From contig OX597831.1 of assembly GCA_951406725.2 (NCBI GenBank), positions 6,262,001-6,326,000 on the forward strand: a DNA stretch of 64,000 nucleotides. The letters run 5' to 3'. A program made the position numbers and the translations under genes. Source of the DNA: Octopus vulgaris (taxonomy: Eukaryota). Of this stretch, positions 11,951 to 26,343 are shown piece by piece. How positions within the stretch are numbered: position 1 is the first letter of the stretch; the number at the start of each line of letters is the position of its first letter. The notes under the pieces are model-generated. The model did not search any database. It was not told where the DNA came from and was given only the letters and a program-made list of their open reading frames with translations.

Positions 11951-13789
11951 GTATAAAGCCATGCATTATGATTTATCCTTTGAATATATTTTGTATTTTA
12001 TTCCTTCATTCTAAGGGGCTTTACAGGTTCTTCGTTCTTATAAATTATTTCATATCGGAAGCTTATTCTTTCATTTTGTGCATTGCGATATAAACATTTA
12101 GTTAATTTGAGGCTAGCATCTCACCTTATCATATACAAAGGTGTTAGGAAGTATCATTCTCTTATCTGACAATGACAAAACCAAATATATTGAACTTTAC
12201 ACACCTTTATCTCAGCAGCCTGTCTTCAGATTACAGACAAAACGGGAATAGGCCTAATTTAGTATTAATGTTAAATTTTATTTTAGATAAAATTTCTCAC
12301 AATAAATACATTGGTATAAAGCTGTGTTTGAAATCCCTGTTCTGCCTAGATTTTATCAACAAGTAAACAATTAGGCGCTTCCTTTGGTGACTCAACTCCC
12401 GTTTTTCTGCATTCCTAAGGTTGAAGACTAAAACTGAATTTTCTGGGTTTATTTATTTCTTTTTACAAAAATTGCAACTGATTTTATTGAACTAACCTCC
12501 AAAGATCTTTGGGGGAAGAATTATGTCTACTCATTACATTGTATAAATTTACGTATAATATACAAAGAAACTGCTAAATGTATGTTATATGTCGGAAGAA
12601 AGCATTTCCCCCCCATTCTAACATATTGCCTCACTCGCTCAGTATCGCCAAGGTAGATGTTCCTTAATCATTCATTGCTCAGTGTCTTTTCTCATACAAC
12701 TTTTATTAATATAGTTCGACTATCTGTTGTTTAAACCTAGTCAGTACCGATCGAGCAAACCTGCACACGGCATGATGTCAGTTCAAGACCTCGCTCCACC
12801 TCGCCGACGACCGTACTGCACACTGACGTACAGTCGTCGTCTAGTTGCAGGTCAAAGTCATTCAAGTCGTTGACTAATTCGTCTTTTCTGCAGACACATC
12901 ATCGAGTATGGACTTCCTTTTTTTTTTTTAAAGACAGTAGGGCGTGTCTTGAGGAAGATTTAATGGGATGGCACCTTGGGCAAATGTCTCCTACTCTAGC
13001 ATCGGGCCGACCAAAGCCTTGTGAGTGGATTTGGTAGTGTCCACCATTTGATAAATGGGGCTGATTTGATCTTCAGGTTTCTATTTTCAACACCAGGCAT
13101 TCGAAATCAGCAATTTTTTTTTTAACTAGAAAATTGAAATTAATTCTTCAGTTAGAAGCTGGTTAAAATTAGGCCAAATACAACCCCCCCCCCCCCTATT
13201 TTTTCTCCTATGTAAATAATATATTCCGTTGCATTTCACTTTCCGAAAATTTTAATTGCCAGGATGAGAATGTAATTACAAATGCAAATAAAATATATTT
13301 ATACATGTCTCTCATACAAAAGATGTTGTAGCGATAAATCACCTGAAAATACTTTTCTTTTTGTTTCTTAAGTGAAAAAGTGGGATTGAGATTTAGGAAA
13401 ATTCATATTCAAACAAATTCAACTTGATTACTATTTCTAGCTGGCCACTCATCAAACCATTGCCTTATTGACTCATTCGAGTTGTGTACACTGAAGTAGG
13501 AAATTGAAATACAATGCACCACCTGTTATAGCATTTTAACATATTCAACAAGCACCTCAACAATATGAGCTGATTGACAAATCCCTTCAGGTAGATGGCT
13601 CTGCTCGATCTGTAGAAAGGGCATAGGTAGAAACTATAAGATGTACCCAGTGTAAGCTATGGACACATAAGAGGTGCAGCAATATCAAAAGGAAGGCTAA
13701 TTGGGGAGATAGTTTTTGTATGTGGCAAATGCTCGGGAGCAATAAATAACACTGAAAATGTGGAGAGAACAACTTCTGCCACATTCCAG

Positions 13790-14975
13790 GGAGAAAAACT
13801 AGAAGTAGTTGATAGCTTCCGTTACCTAGGTGACCAAGTCAGTAGCAGAGGGTGGGTGCTCTGAAAGTGTAACTGCTAGAGTAAGAATAGCCTGGGCAAA
13901 GTTCAGAGAGCTCCTACCTCTGCTGGTGACAGAGGACCTCTCGCTCAGAGTAAAAGGTAGACTGTATGACGCATGTATACGAACAGCCATGCTACATGGC
14001 AATGAAACATAGGCTGTGACTGCTGAGGACATGCGTAAGCTCACAAGGAATGAAGCCAGTATGCTCCGCTGGTTGTGTAATGTCAGTGTGCATACTTGAC
14101 AGAGTGTAAGTGCCTTGAGAGTTGGACCTAAGAAGCATCAGATGTGTGCAAGAGAGACGACTGCGCTGGTATGGTTATGTGTTGTGAATGGATGAGGACA
14201 GCTGTGTGAAAAAGAGTCACACCCTAGTAGTTGAGAGAACCTGTGGAAGAGGTAGACCCAGGAAGACATGAAATGAGGTGGTGAAGCACGACCTTTGAAC
14301 ATTAGGTCTCACAGAGGCAATGACTAGTGACCAAAACTTTTGGAAAAATGCTGTGCTTGAGAAGACCCGGCAAGCCAAGTGAGACCATAACCCGTGGCCT
14401 ATACTAGTGGTGTAACCAGCCCACTTACACATACCTTTCCTTCATTGGACACTAAACTCTGCTTGCGAAGACCTGTTGAGGCAAGGGAAATCGAAATCAA
14501 ATTTGATGACAGCACCGCATGACTGGCATCCGTGCTAGTGGAGTGCTAAGAGCACCATCCGAGCATGATCGTTGCCAGGGCTGCTGACTGACTCACATGC
14601 CGGTGGCACGTAAAAAGCACCATTCGAGCGTGATCGTTACCAGCGTCGCCTTACTGGCACTTCTGCTGGTGGCACGTGAAAAACATTCGAGCGAGGTCGT
14701 TGCCAGTGCCGCTGGACTGGCTCCTGTGCAGGTGGCACATAAAAAACACCATTTGAGCATGGCAGTTGCCAGTACCGCCTAACTAGCCCTCGTGCCATTG
14801 GCACATAAAAGCGCCCACTGCACTCTCGGAGTGGTTGGCATTAGGAAGGGCATCCAGCTATAGAAACTCTGCCAGAACAGACTGGAGCCTGGTGCAACTA
14901 TCTGGCTCCCCAGTCCTCAGTCAAATTGTCCAACCCATGCCAGCATGGAAAGCGGACATTAAACAATGATGATGA
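13790..14975 (+). mobile_element. 5'-truncated RTE-clade LINE: RT C-terminus plus 3' UTR with (GAT)n tail
   Basis: VDSFRYLG…GCSESVTARVRIAWAKFRELLPLL…KGRLYDACIRTAML with stops and frameshifts; the 3' UTR is the source of the abundant short copies. Confidence 0.85.
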
Positions 14976-15535
14976 TAAAGTAAAACTATTTTGTCAAAAA
15001 ACATGAAATCACATTAATTCTTTATAATTGTTTAGGCAAGAGGAAGAGCAGTGCTCATGACTTTTTCATGGACACTACCCTTTTGCTTGTAACAGAGTGG
15101 ACTGCTCATTAAAGGCACCCAGTGGTCAAGGAGTGATGTTAGCTATATTTGTATGGATTATATTTTTATTGATTTACAAATGATATCAGTCCCTTATAGT
15201 AGTGGGTTTTAATTGCTTAGTTGTTGCTGTTGTTGTTTAGGTTCAAGTCAGCCCCGATTTAGGAGACCTATGATCAAATGCATTCCAGCCATGACCATTC
15301 TATCTTTTCTTTTTTCAGAGATACTCTACTCCAGCCTACATTATTGAATATGTTCTTTTTTAATACTTGAGTGTGGCTTCGGAGAGATTTCTGCTTTTTC
15401 TTACAGGTCACATGACTTGTGACTCACTGTTATTGAACATTTGATTGCTTCTTGTAGAACCTTAAACATTAACTTGTATATTGAATCTAGATGAAGTAGT
15501 CGTAAAATAAGGAAGGCATCTATGTTATAGAAATA

Positions 15536-15712
15536 TGCACCCAACACCAGAGCTGAAGACACCTCCGAAAGTAGGGGGCCCCACCATGTCAAAATGGTAG
15601 AGGAGTAGAGGGCCAAAACCGGACGTTGGTTCCTCCTCATGATGTCTTGAGCTAACTGGATCCTATAAAGGAGCTGTTGCGTAGCAGACCACGAAACACG
15701 GTTGTAATTCCT
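15536..15712 (+). repeat. Second copy of the 5640-5793 repeat
   Basis: gcacccaacaccagagctgaagacacctccgaaag…gaaacacggttgtaattcc. Confidence 0.8.
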
Positions 15713-16894
15713 TCTGGCACTAGGATATCCAAGTAATTAGTAAACAAAAACTCCTTTTTGAGGTGTTTAAAATCTGAAGACAATAACCAAGAGAGATAAG
15801 TCCAATGATCTGAATCTATTGAAGTTTTTGGACTATAAATGAATTGAGTCTGGTCTTTAGTAAGATTCTGTTATATTTGTATTTGATATGCAGAACACAC
15901 CCTAGAGATGTTTCCCACTTAGTTATATTGTTTGAAACACTTTCAATATAAAACAATAGCATTGTTTGTAAAATGGTGAAATGAAACCTTACTTACAATA
16001 CAACCAAAGCAATTTGATATCTCATTGTTTTCTTAATTTAGACCTCTCTCATTTTATTTATGTCTACACCTTTTTTCCCATCTATATGGGCCTGTGATAA
16101 TATTTATGATATTTCTAAAAGATATTGTTTAACAGTTGCAGAAATGCCATGATAGTTAATAATTTTGGAATACCTTTGACTGTGTAGATAACCTTTCTCA
16201 TTTTGTGAAGAACAATTCACTGTCAAGCAGTGTTTATTAAACAATCTAGATAATACCTTTCATACAAAACTACATTATTGTTTTAGTTCATGTAGTTTGT
16301 TAGTGTTGATGTATTTACACAACTCGCCTATCTGTCTTCATTTCAGCTTATACAAGTTTGCAATAGCTGCATAGTGATATCATTTCTTCTTAAGTTTAAA
16401 TGTGTTTTTTTGTTGTTGTCTTTTTACGTATATATTTCTTCCATGCGGTAGTACTACGTGCTGATGGACACTGAACATTGTTAAGTCAGTTCTAAGAGGA
16501 ACAAATAAGCAATTTAAAAGTAATCTGATATGTTGGAAGTAGGGAAATGATTGGATAAATAGAAAGATATGAACTTATCTATTTTGAATGAAGAATTCTG
16601 AATAATTGGTAGGTGGGAAAGAGTGAAGTCTTTTATGTTGTGTGACATTAGATGCAAATTCTAAACTTCAGATTTATATTTACCTTGAAAAACCTGATTA
16701 AACTTATTTCTTGCTCATAAGCATGGATAGTATTTCAACTGTGTGAAAACAAAGTAATGTCAATATTTCTTCCATATCAAAACAATCCATGTGTAAGAGC
16801 AGGGTCACCTGAGAAATCCAGCAATACTAGACAGTGTGTGTGTATTTATAAATGTATGTGTATATACATATTTGTGCAGAAGTATATATATATT

Positions 16895-16981
<87 letters not shown>

Positions 16982-17199
16982 CAAGCCAAGTGAAATTGTA
17001 GTCATGGCTGATGGTGGTGTCATGTAACTGGAATCCTGTGCTGGTGACACATAGAAAACACCTTTCAAATGTTGGGCCTCCAGCTGTACAAACATTGCCA
17101 GATCAGATTGGAGCCTGGTGCAGCCACTGGCTCTCCAGACCTCAGTCAAGCTGTCCAACCCATGCCAGCATGGAAAACGGACGTTAAACAATGATCATA

Positions 17200-17222
17200 T
17201 ATGATATACATCTATATATGTT

Positions 17223-17273
<51 letters not shown>

Positions 17274-17717
17274 GTATGCATGTATATGTATGCATGTATA
17301 TGTATATATATGTATGCATATATATGTATATATATATAAATATATATACATGTATATATATATATATTTATATATATGTATGTATACATGTGTGTATATA
17401 TATATATATGTATGTTTACATGTGTGTATATATATATTTATATATATGTATGTTTACATGTGTGTATATATATATTTATATATATGTATGTATACATGTG
17501 TGTATATATATATTTATATATATGTATGTATACATGTGTGTATATATATATTTATATATATGTATATATATGTGTATATATATTTATATATATGTATGTA
17601 TACATGTATATATATTTATATATATGTATGTATACATGTATATATATTTATATATATGTATGTATACATGTATATATATTTATATATATGTATGTATACA
17701 TGTATGTATATATATTT

Positions 17718-17799
<82 letters not shown>

Positions 17800-18221
17800 T
17801 ACATATATATGTATGTATATATATGTATGCATGTATATGTATATATATGTATGCATATATATGTATATATATATAAATATATATACATGTATATATATAT
17901 ATATTTATCTATATGTATGTATACATGTGTGTATATATATATATATGTATGTTTACATGTGTGTATATATATATTTATATATATGTATGTTTACATGTGT
18001 GTATATATATATTTATATATATGTATGTATACATGTGTGTATATATATATTTATATATATGTATGTATACATGTGTGTATATATATATTTATATATATGT
18101 ATATATATGTGTATATATATATTTATATATATGTATGTATACATGTGTATATATATTTATATATATGTATGTATACATGTATATATATTTATATATATGT
18201 ATATATACATGTATGTATATA

Positions 18222-18259
<38 letters not shown>
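17200..18259. repeat. Complex (TA)/(TG)/(CA) microsatellite array with ~537 bp higher-order duplication
   Basis: Almost pure purine/pyrimidine alternation; the block starting at ~17284 restarts at ~17821. Confidence 0.9.
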
Positions 18260-18265
<6 letters not shown>

Positions 18266-18467
18266 ATTGAGGTAATCAGATCAGATGGTTCATATTTGTA
18301 GATATTTATTTATATATTACATTTTTTACATATATATCATATCATTCGGATTAGCGCTTGCTCCCATTCTAGTGGGTTTTCAAATCAAATCAGTTGTGGG
18401 TAGTTTGAACCTTTTTATAGTTTCGTAGTAGTGGGTGAGGAGGAAGTGAGACAGAGAGAAAATATGT

Positions 18468-18529
<62 letters not shown>

Positions 18530-18974
18530 TTATATCTGAGAGTGAAGAAGTGTTATTTCCGTTGGTCTGCTGGACCCCCTGTGGTTATTTATATATGATG
18601 GCCTGCTGCTCTTGAGGAGACCTATTGTGTCAAGTTCATCAAAATAAAAGTTGTATGGATATTGTAGTTGTGATACCCATGCCGGTGGCACGTAGGGCTT
18701 CACAGAGGAAATGATAAAGACCAAGACCCCTGAGATATGCTGTGACTGTGAAGACCCAACAAATGAAGTGATTTCATGGCTCGCAGGACAGCCTGCTGTG
18801 CTAACCTTGGGTCGTAGAGTGACCCACTGTTCTCGAGGAGACCTATTGAGTCAAGTACGTCAATACCAATACCAAAATAAAAATCAAATGGAAATTGTAG
18901 TTAAGACACCTGTGCCAGTGACACGTAAAAAGCTCCGTCCAAGTTCCTCAGACTCTTTGGGAGAATATTAAAAT

Positions 18975-20075
18975 GCTGTGGACCCTTGAAACCCAGGCTG
19001 TTGCAGTAACTGGTCCTGAAGCATGATGGTGTTGCTGGGATCTTTGGCAGTGTCATCCCGTTTTGGCATTGGTGTAGCTTTCAATGCCAAAATTTGGCAC
19101 AATTCCTTCCAGGATTTTCCAGATATATATTACTGCATACCTCTCCAATCTTCTCTCCAGGGAGTAGAGTTCTTAGCTGTTTCAAACTTTCCCAGTAGCT
19201 GAGCAGTTGCAAAGAGACAATCTTCTTTGTGAATCTTCTCTAGATTGCTTCTGTTAATTTCACACTGGTGGGTGACCATAGCTGTGAGCAGTAATCCAGG
19301 CGGCTGAAGACAAATGTCCACCAGAGGACCATAATGGTTTCCTTATCTCTGGTTCTGAATGTTCTTAGGATCCATCCAGCCAGTCGTCTGCACTTTGTCA
19401 CCATCATGGTAATGTGCACTTGGACAGAGGTATCATCACTCATGTCGATACCCAGATCCCTCACTGACTTAGGCTCTAGGATTGAAATTCCCTGTGGATC
19501 GGTGTACCCTGTAAGTTTCATATTCAGTTTTGGATGCTGGTAGTGCATGGCTTGAATTTTTCAGCATTAAACTGCATATTATTATCCTCAGCCCATCTGT
19601 AAATTGAGTCCAACTCTTGCTGCAGGTGTGCAACATCGCTGGGGTTCTGTATTTTCTGCGAGACTTTCGTATCATCTGCATAGCTTGCAAGGGTGGCTAT
19701 CCGGGCATTTGAGGGCATATCTGAGAGGGCTACTATAAAAAGCTGTGGTCCCAAAACAGTGCCCTGTGGAACACTGCTCACTATTTGTGTGTTCATAGAG
19801 GTGGCTCCATTAGCCACTACTGCTTGACTCCTATCTTTCAGAAAGTCATGTAACTACTCTCCATGTTTTCCAGCTATGCCAAGGTCATGCAGTTTGTGGC
19901 ATATCATACCATGATCCACCTTGTCAAAAGCTTTTGCAAAATCAAGGTATATTATGTCCACAATTGATTTGTTGAGTAACTGCCTCAACACCCAGTCATA
20001 ATGTTGTAAGAGCTTGGTTAGGCAGCTCCTACCTGGTCGAAAACCATGCTGGGTATCACTCAGCAAGTTATTTTC
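18975..20075 (-). mobile_element. CR1-like LINE reverse transcriptase fragment
   Basis: QHGFRPGRSC, YLDFAKAFDKVDH, VPQGTVLGP, YADDTK, SRLDYCSQLWSP motifs with frameshifts. Confidence 0.9.
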
Positions 20076-20149
20076 TATTTGTGTTCCGTCCTTCCTTTTC
20101 TTGTGGTGGGAACTTTTTTCTTCTTCTGGTTTTCTAATGGCTTCTGTCT

Positions 20150-20680
20150 TTTAAGAAGTCATGCAACCATTCTCCTAGTTTCCAACTATGCTGAGTCCCC
20201 ATAACTTGTGACGTATCATCCCATGATCAATCTTATCAAAGACCTTTGCAAAATCGAGATACATCACATCCACATTTGAGCAATTCGTTAATTGTTTCAA
20301 CACCCAGTCATGATGCTGCACAAGCTGTGTAAGGCAGCTTCTCCCTGAGAGGAAGTCATGATGGGGGTCAGGGAGCAAGTCATTATCTTCAGGAAACACG
20401 ATCAGTTTCCTCCTGACAATGTGTTCCATGACTTTACTGACATGGGAAGTTAGAGGGACATGACTGCAATTTTTAGCATCTGCTCTGTCTACTCTGCTAC
20501 CTCCCTCAAGGTTAGAACATATGCCTTCCTTTAATTTTCTGAGAAGTGACCCAGTCGTGAGGAAGCTCTGAAAGAGGACCTGTAGTGGTCATGTCGGAGC
20601 CCCTTGTGTTTCTTCATGAGGATTGCTGGGAATCCATCAAGACCCGTGGCTAAGTTTCAGTTCATTTCATCGATAGCTGA
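20150..20680 (-). mobile_element. Second CR1-like RT N-terminal fragment
   Basis: MEHIVRRKL…GRSCLTQL…YLDFAKVFDKIDH. Confidence 0.8.
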
Positions 20681-21844
20681 TGTTAAATCCATTTATTTTG
20701 ATGTTATCAATAATTGCCATCTCAGAGTTGTGGTGCTGGAGAACTGATGAGGCATAGCTATTTGCAAGTGCCCCAGTGGAATTGTGAAAATATTCTTGTA
20801 TTGCACATTCAGTATGAATGTTGATATCTTTGTGGATTTCTGAAGTTAACAATGTAGATATCTGATGTGAAGTGTTTGTTATTTATTTTTATTATACATT
20901 ATCTATGGCAGTGGTTCTGAAGTGGTGTGCTAGGGACTTTGAAAAATACAATCTATAGCTTAAAAAAATCTATATAAATAATTGAGTGTTTTGAAAACTG
21001 TTATTTATGATTTTGCTATACACAAGTATGATTAATGAAGCAAGCTAGACAATAGTTTATATATATATATTGTATTTTTAACGTTAGATGATAATTTTTT
21101 TTAAAATCTTCTATACAAAGTGTACCAGTAATTTTTTGTTTGATTGTGAATGAAGCACAAAGTTAAAAAGATTTTGAGAATTGCTGATCTAATTCAAAAA
21201 TATACATTTCATAATGAAGTACTTGGATATTACAAAAAAGCAACTAGTTTAAACAAACATTTTGCTCCATAAATACAATAAAATATGTAAGCACTTTTCC
21301 ACAAACCTATTCTGTCCTAAGAATGTGTGCATCCACTCTAAGTACATACAGAGCCAACTAATATTCCATCAACTTTATGAAAAGGTTTGTCAGGTCACTG
21401 GTCAAACTGACATTGAACGTAAAGATGTATGTATGCTAAATTTTCTGTAGCTTTTAAGCGCTTATATAAGTCTACTTATCTCAGATAACAATATTGATTA
21501 TCAGTGAACAGTCAATATCTTTTATCTCAGAACACTGATATTTCAACTGGGTTCAGGCATATGTAATTCAAGGACTGATGGTCTCATCTTCAAGAAAAAT
21601 TATTGGTTTACCATAGGAGATATAAATTAGTCATGGTTTTGTTTGATACTTATGGATTTTATGACATTTATGATTAAGTTGTTCAACATGTTTTTGTCCT
21701 CATCGCTAATGACTAATGTGTAATTTGTGTCAAAGAAAATGACACCAAGCAACTAATATTTGTGTTTAGTTATCACTAGGTCTTTATCCATTACTACACT
21801 CTCAGTAAAAAATATTCGTTAATCATGCATGTACCTTATTTTAA

Positions 21845-22161
21845 TACTAAACTGGTATATAGTGAAAGTACCATTAGTTACTATGGTGACAGCTGTCAAC
21901 CTATCTATCTTTCACTTTCTCTCTTACTATATTTCTCAGCCCGTTATCTTTCACATTCTCTCTCTCTCTCAACAACAACAACAACAACCAGTCATTATTG
22001 TGAAATTCTTTTTTTTATAAGTGTTTTGCATTGTGTCTGTCTTGAAAGACACAGACACACACAACACAAAAAATAACTATATTGTTATATAGCAAAAGTT
22101 TTTTTTTTGTTTTTTTGAAGCTATGTTGCATTGTGTTGTCTCTATGTTGGAAGAAAGACAT

Positions 22162-22198
<37 letters not shown>

Positions 22199-22542
22199 GA
22201 GAGACAGACAGACAGAGCCAAAAAGTAGCTATGTCATCATCATCATTTGAAAGTCTTTTTGTTTTGAAGTTGTGTTGACTGACTTGCACTTAAAATACAT
22301 GCATTTTTAAGCAAAAATTGTTAGTTACTATGGTGACAACTCTATCTATCTATCTATCCATCCATCTATCTATCTTTCACACACACTCTCATGGTGTATT
22401 TCTCTCAACTGTAACTTTTTCTCCTCCCCGTCATCTTAAAATACATTGCAATGTATATTTCGATTCCTCTCCTTCTCCTTCCTCTTGTAGATGTTGTGAC
22501 AGACAGACAAATGGAAATCCACTACTCTTTTATAAAGTAAGA
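21845..22542 (-). mobile_element. Possible non-autonomous Helitron-like element
   Basis: Minus strand begins atcttactttataaaa…gtctgtctgtc, typical of non-autonomous Helitron 5' ends; internal repeat ttagttactatggtgaca; 3' hairpin unclear. Confidence 0.35.
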
Positions 22543-23180
22543 TGAATTAATTTCCAAGGCTGATATATAAATCCTTGATAGAAAGTGAAAAAAAAAACCC
22601 CTAGCATATCATTTAAGAAGTATGGGATTCAACTTTCACTAATAAACTTAGCATAATTTTTTAAATAGATTTCTTTGTCATGAAGATATCTTCTTCTTAT
22701 TGCTTGCAAACAGTAAAATAAAACACAATACTGTAGCTACATTCTTTCATTAAAAGTCTTTGATTAAGGTTTTTACTGATATTTAAAAAAAATTTTGTAA
22801 TAACTTTGATAATTTCTTTTAAAAAACATTCTTCTCAATGTCTACTTCACTTTCCAAATTTCATTCCATTCTTGCAGAAATTATACTGAGTATTTGAAGT
22901 ATCCTGAATGATAAATGTTCTAAGTGCTGCCTTCCTCATCTTGAACTAGAAAGTTTACAACAATACTAGACAGAGTAAATAGCTTTTGAAAAGGACATCC
23001 CAAAGATAACAAAATTATGGAAAATTAGGCCAAAAATTATTACTAACCTATTAATGGGTTTTTAATTTTCTTTTTTCAATGTTGTTAATTACAGCTAGGG
23101 TGTGGACATGTTGATGTTTTTCATTTAATTATATTGCTATGCTGTTTCTGATTGAGACATTAACTCACAGAGATCTAGTA

Positions 23181-23452
23181 TCATCATCATCGTTTAACGT
23201 CCGCTTTCCATGCTAGCATTGGTTGGACGGTTTGACTGAGGGCTGGCGAACCAGATGGCTGTACCAGGCTCCAGTCTTGATCTGGCAGAGTTTCTACAGC
23301 TGGATGCCCTTCCTGACGCCAACCACTCCAAGAGTGTAGTGGGTGCTTTTTACGTCAGGTGGTACTGGCAATGACCTCACTCGAATCTTTTTACACATGC
23401 CACCGGCACAGGTGCCAGTAAGGCGATGTTGGTAACGATCACACTCAAATGC
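23181..23452 (-). mobile_element. RTE 3' UTR / RTE-tailed SINE copy
   Basis: (CAT)n then cgtttaacgtccgctttccatgctagc. Confidence 0.8.
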
Positions 23453-24070
23453 AGCCAGTATATCTGGCTGTAAATAGTTGGGGAGTTACAATTTTTCACT
23501 ATTGTAAACAATTGAGTTGTTATGTAAATAATGAATATTTCATTAGTTTAGATACACCTCCGTAAACTACTCCTGAGTTTCTTCTTTTGAATCATTTTCT
23601 GAAAACAAAGTTTTATTCTCTTTTTAGATTCTCTGTATATTTTTTATGTTTAAAACAAGGTAGAAAATATGATATATTTGAAAACACGATACATAACAGA
23701 TTCATTTACGAAAGGGGTTTACAGTTATGAATTATAACAACTAGAAAATTAATGATTATTAATTAACTCTCTGCAATTGTATGAAGATACACAATTGCCC
23801 GCAAGAGTTTTAATTTATGTGCTTTGAATGAGTCATTTTTTGATTAGTTAAGAATATGGCATCTGATGATAAACAAGTGGTTACTTTATTATTGTATTCT
23901 CTCATTTTAGACAAGATTAAATTAATTAAATTCTGTTTTTTCTTTTTGCTTATTGTTATTTGTACCACCTGTTAACAACAGTGAATGTTAGCATTTCCCT
24001 TCTATTTCCAACAAAATTGCTTTTAGATTATTTTTTAGTCTCATCTAAATAAGTTAATTTTCATTAATTT

Positions 24071-24116
24071 GACACAACGTTTCGGCTGATATACCCTCCA
24101 GCCTTCATCAGGTGTC
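24071..24116 (-). ncRNA. Minimal type I hammerhead ribozyme (PLE-type)
   Basis: Minus strand reads GACAC-CUGAUGA-A-GGCUG-loop-CAGCC-GAAA-CG-UU-GUGUC: 5 bp stem I, 5 bp stem II, palindromic AACGUU stem III. Confidence 0.8.
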
Positions 24117-26129
24117 TTGGAGAAATTTCGAACCTGGTTTCTCATTCCTAAGATATTTTTCGATGTTGTTGTTATTATTATCATTATTGATAAAGTATGT
24201 TGTCATGTACTGCTGTGACTCCATTTATATTTTCTCCCAAAATTCATGGCTATCTCAGGTCATCTTTCCCTTTCATCCCTCTGGCATTGATAAAATAAGG
24301 AACTAGTCAAGTACTAGTAATCATACAATCAACTTATTTCCTCCTCTTAAAATTGCTGGCTTCTTTCTTAAATCAGAAACAATTGTTGCTGTTGTTATTA
24401 ACCATGTTGTTTCTACTTTATGCAGATTCTTATATAAACATGTTGTACAGTGTTAAAAGTATCTGTTTCCATTTATTACCCATTGAAATATGAAGGCAAT
24501 TTTTTAAAGATGTTTTGAGTGTCATGTTTTCACTACTGTCTCTCTCTTCTCTTCCAACAAGTTCTAATACGCATATAACCCATGGTAATAATTATCTCAT
24601 TATATTCACATATTTTCTCATTTCAGTTTCTAGTAGGTGTGTTTTCACAGAGTTTTTTCTTGCTAATCATCAGGCCATGTCAATAAAAATCTTTCTTTTT
24701 CTTTCCATTTTTCATAACGATGTTTCGCTTATTGGCATCAATTGCTTTATCCGCTTTGATATGTGTATTCTATGAGAGAGTGACCTTTTCATTTTCAGTG
24801 GCTAGGTGTTTGTACCATTTCTCTGTTGATTTTATCTTAGGTTTCTGAAAATGTTCCAATGCAGAAATGCTGATACATTGTTGTGTTACCTGATATATTC
24901 TGTTGTTGGTAGAACGTGATTGTTCTTTCATATTTTCTGCACATCATTCTTTATAGGTCTGTTATATCTTTAATCTCTGATAGAATATAATGAAGAAACC
25001 CCTAATGTTAGCATTACTAATCAACCTCTTTGTCTCTATTGAGACACTGGTTTTTCTATTTCTGTTCTATTTATTTTCCTAAGATATTTGCTTTGTCCTT
25101 CCAATTCTTTTGAATTTGTTATTCAATATTACACAGCTTTACTTTTCATTTCTTTCATACAAATCTATGGCCTTCTATTAATGTGACAAACCCCCCTCCA
25201 CACCATCATCATTATTATTATTATTATTATTATTATTTATGGCTTGAGAGATAAATGTATCAAGTTTCCCTTATATTGAAAAGACAGGTATATTTTGGAA
25301 ACTTATGTATAGAAATCTTCAAGATTAACAAATACTTTGTGAGAAAACTTTAAGCTTTACAAATCCTGATATTACTATTTTCTGAAATATCTGTTGCTGC
25401 ATTGACTGTCCTTGTAATCTGTTTATTTTTACTGATGTGGTTGTATATCATTCCATTTGTATTGATTGCGAACAGAATGATGGATCTACCTTTAATTCAC
25501 TTCTGGGCAATATGTGGGATATTTATACACCCTTTTCATGTTTGTCTATATCTATATACAATGTTCCAAAGTAACTTTTCTAAGACAAGTGGAGACTGAT
25601 ATGTATTTCACAGAACTTTTTGTCATTTAAAAGTCAAACTTGAGCTACCAGACATACATAGAGTAACTTTGCTGTGTTGTATCTCAAGATGTATTTGGTG
25701 GTGAGAGCTAAATGTGGATATCCGAATACAATGGAAGTTATTGTTCCAGCAAATATACCACATATATCATATTTATCATTTTAGAGAAATTCTAGATAAT
25801 TCTCTGTTTCATGGTGATGGTCTCTTTTATATGAAAATGCTATTTCTGTTGCTCCATTGCCTTGTTTAGTCTGCGTTTGTTTATTTAGGCCAGAATCAGT
25901 TTTCTTTTTTTCTATTTTTCAATGTTTGGAAAATGCAGTTTGCAGAATTATATTGCTCATGTAACAACATATCTTCATAGCTGGTATCTAGTTTTGCTGC
26001 TGCTTTAGATTTAGATTAAGATTTTACTTGTTTGAAATTTCATTCAAGTTCTTGGGGGATACAGTCTTAATTTATTACCTTTGAAAAAGGTGTACTGAGC
26101 AAGGATTTTCGTCATCATCAACAACATTG

Positions 26130-26306
26130 ACAAAATGCTTAATGGTTTTTCATCCAGTTTTATATTCCGAGTTCAAATTCCACTAAGGTTGATTTTGCCT
26201 TTCATCCTTTTGGGTTGATAAAATAAGTATCAGTTGAGCTCTGGGGTCAACGTAATCAACTTACTCCCTCCCTTAGAACTGATGGCCTTATGCCAAAATT
26301 TGAAAC

Positions 26307-26339
<33 letters not shown>

Positions 26340-26343
26340 CATT
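26130..26343 (+). mobile_element. tRNA-derived SINE (family C) with (ATT)n tail
   Basis: gagttcaaattcc…ttgcctttcatcctttt…(att)n. Confidence 0.7.

Noticed and set aside
12755-12860. CpG-rich hairpin (gacgaccgtac…gtacagtcgtc) with C/D-box-like words
   Set aside because: C box imperfect, stem too short for a pre-miRNA, no second copy in the window
17191-18301. 356 and 366 aa ORFs rich in Y/I/M/C/V
   Set aside because: Translations of a TA/TG microsatellite that lacks stop codons; not genes
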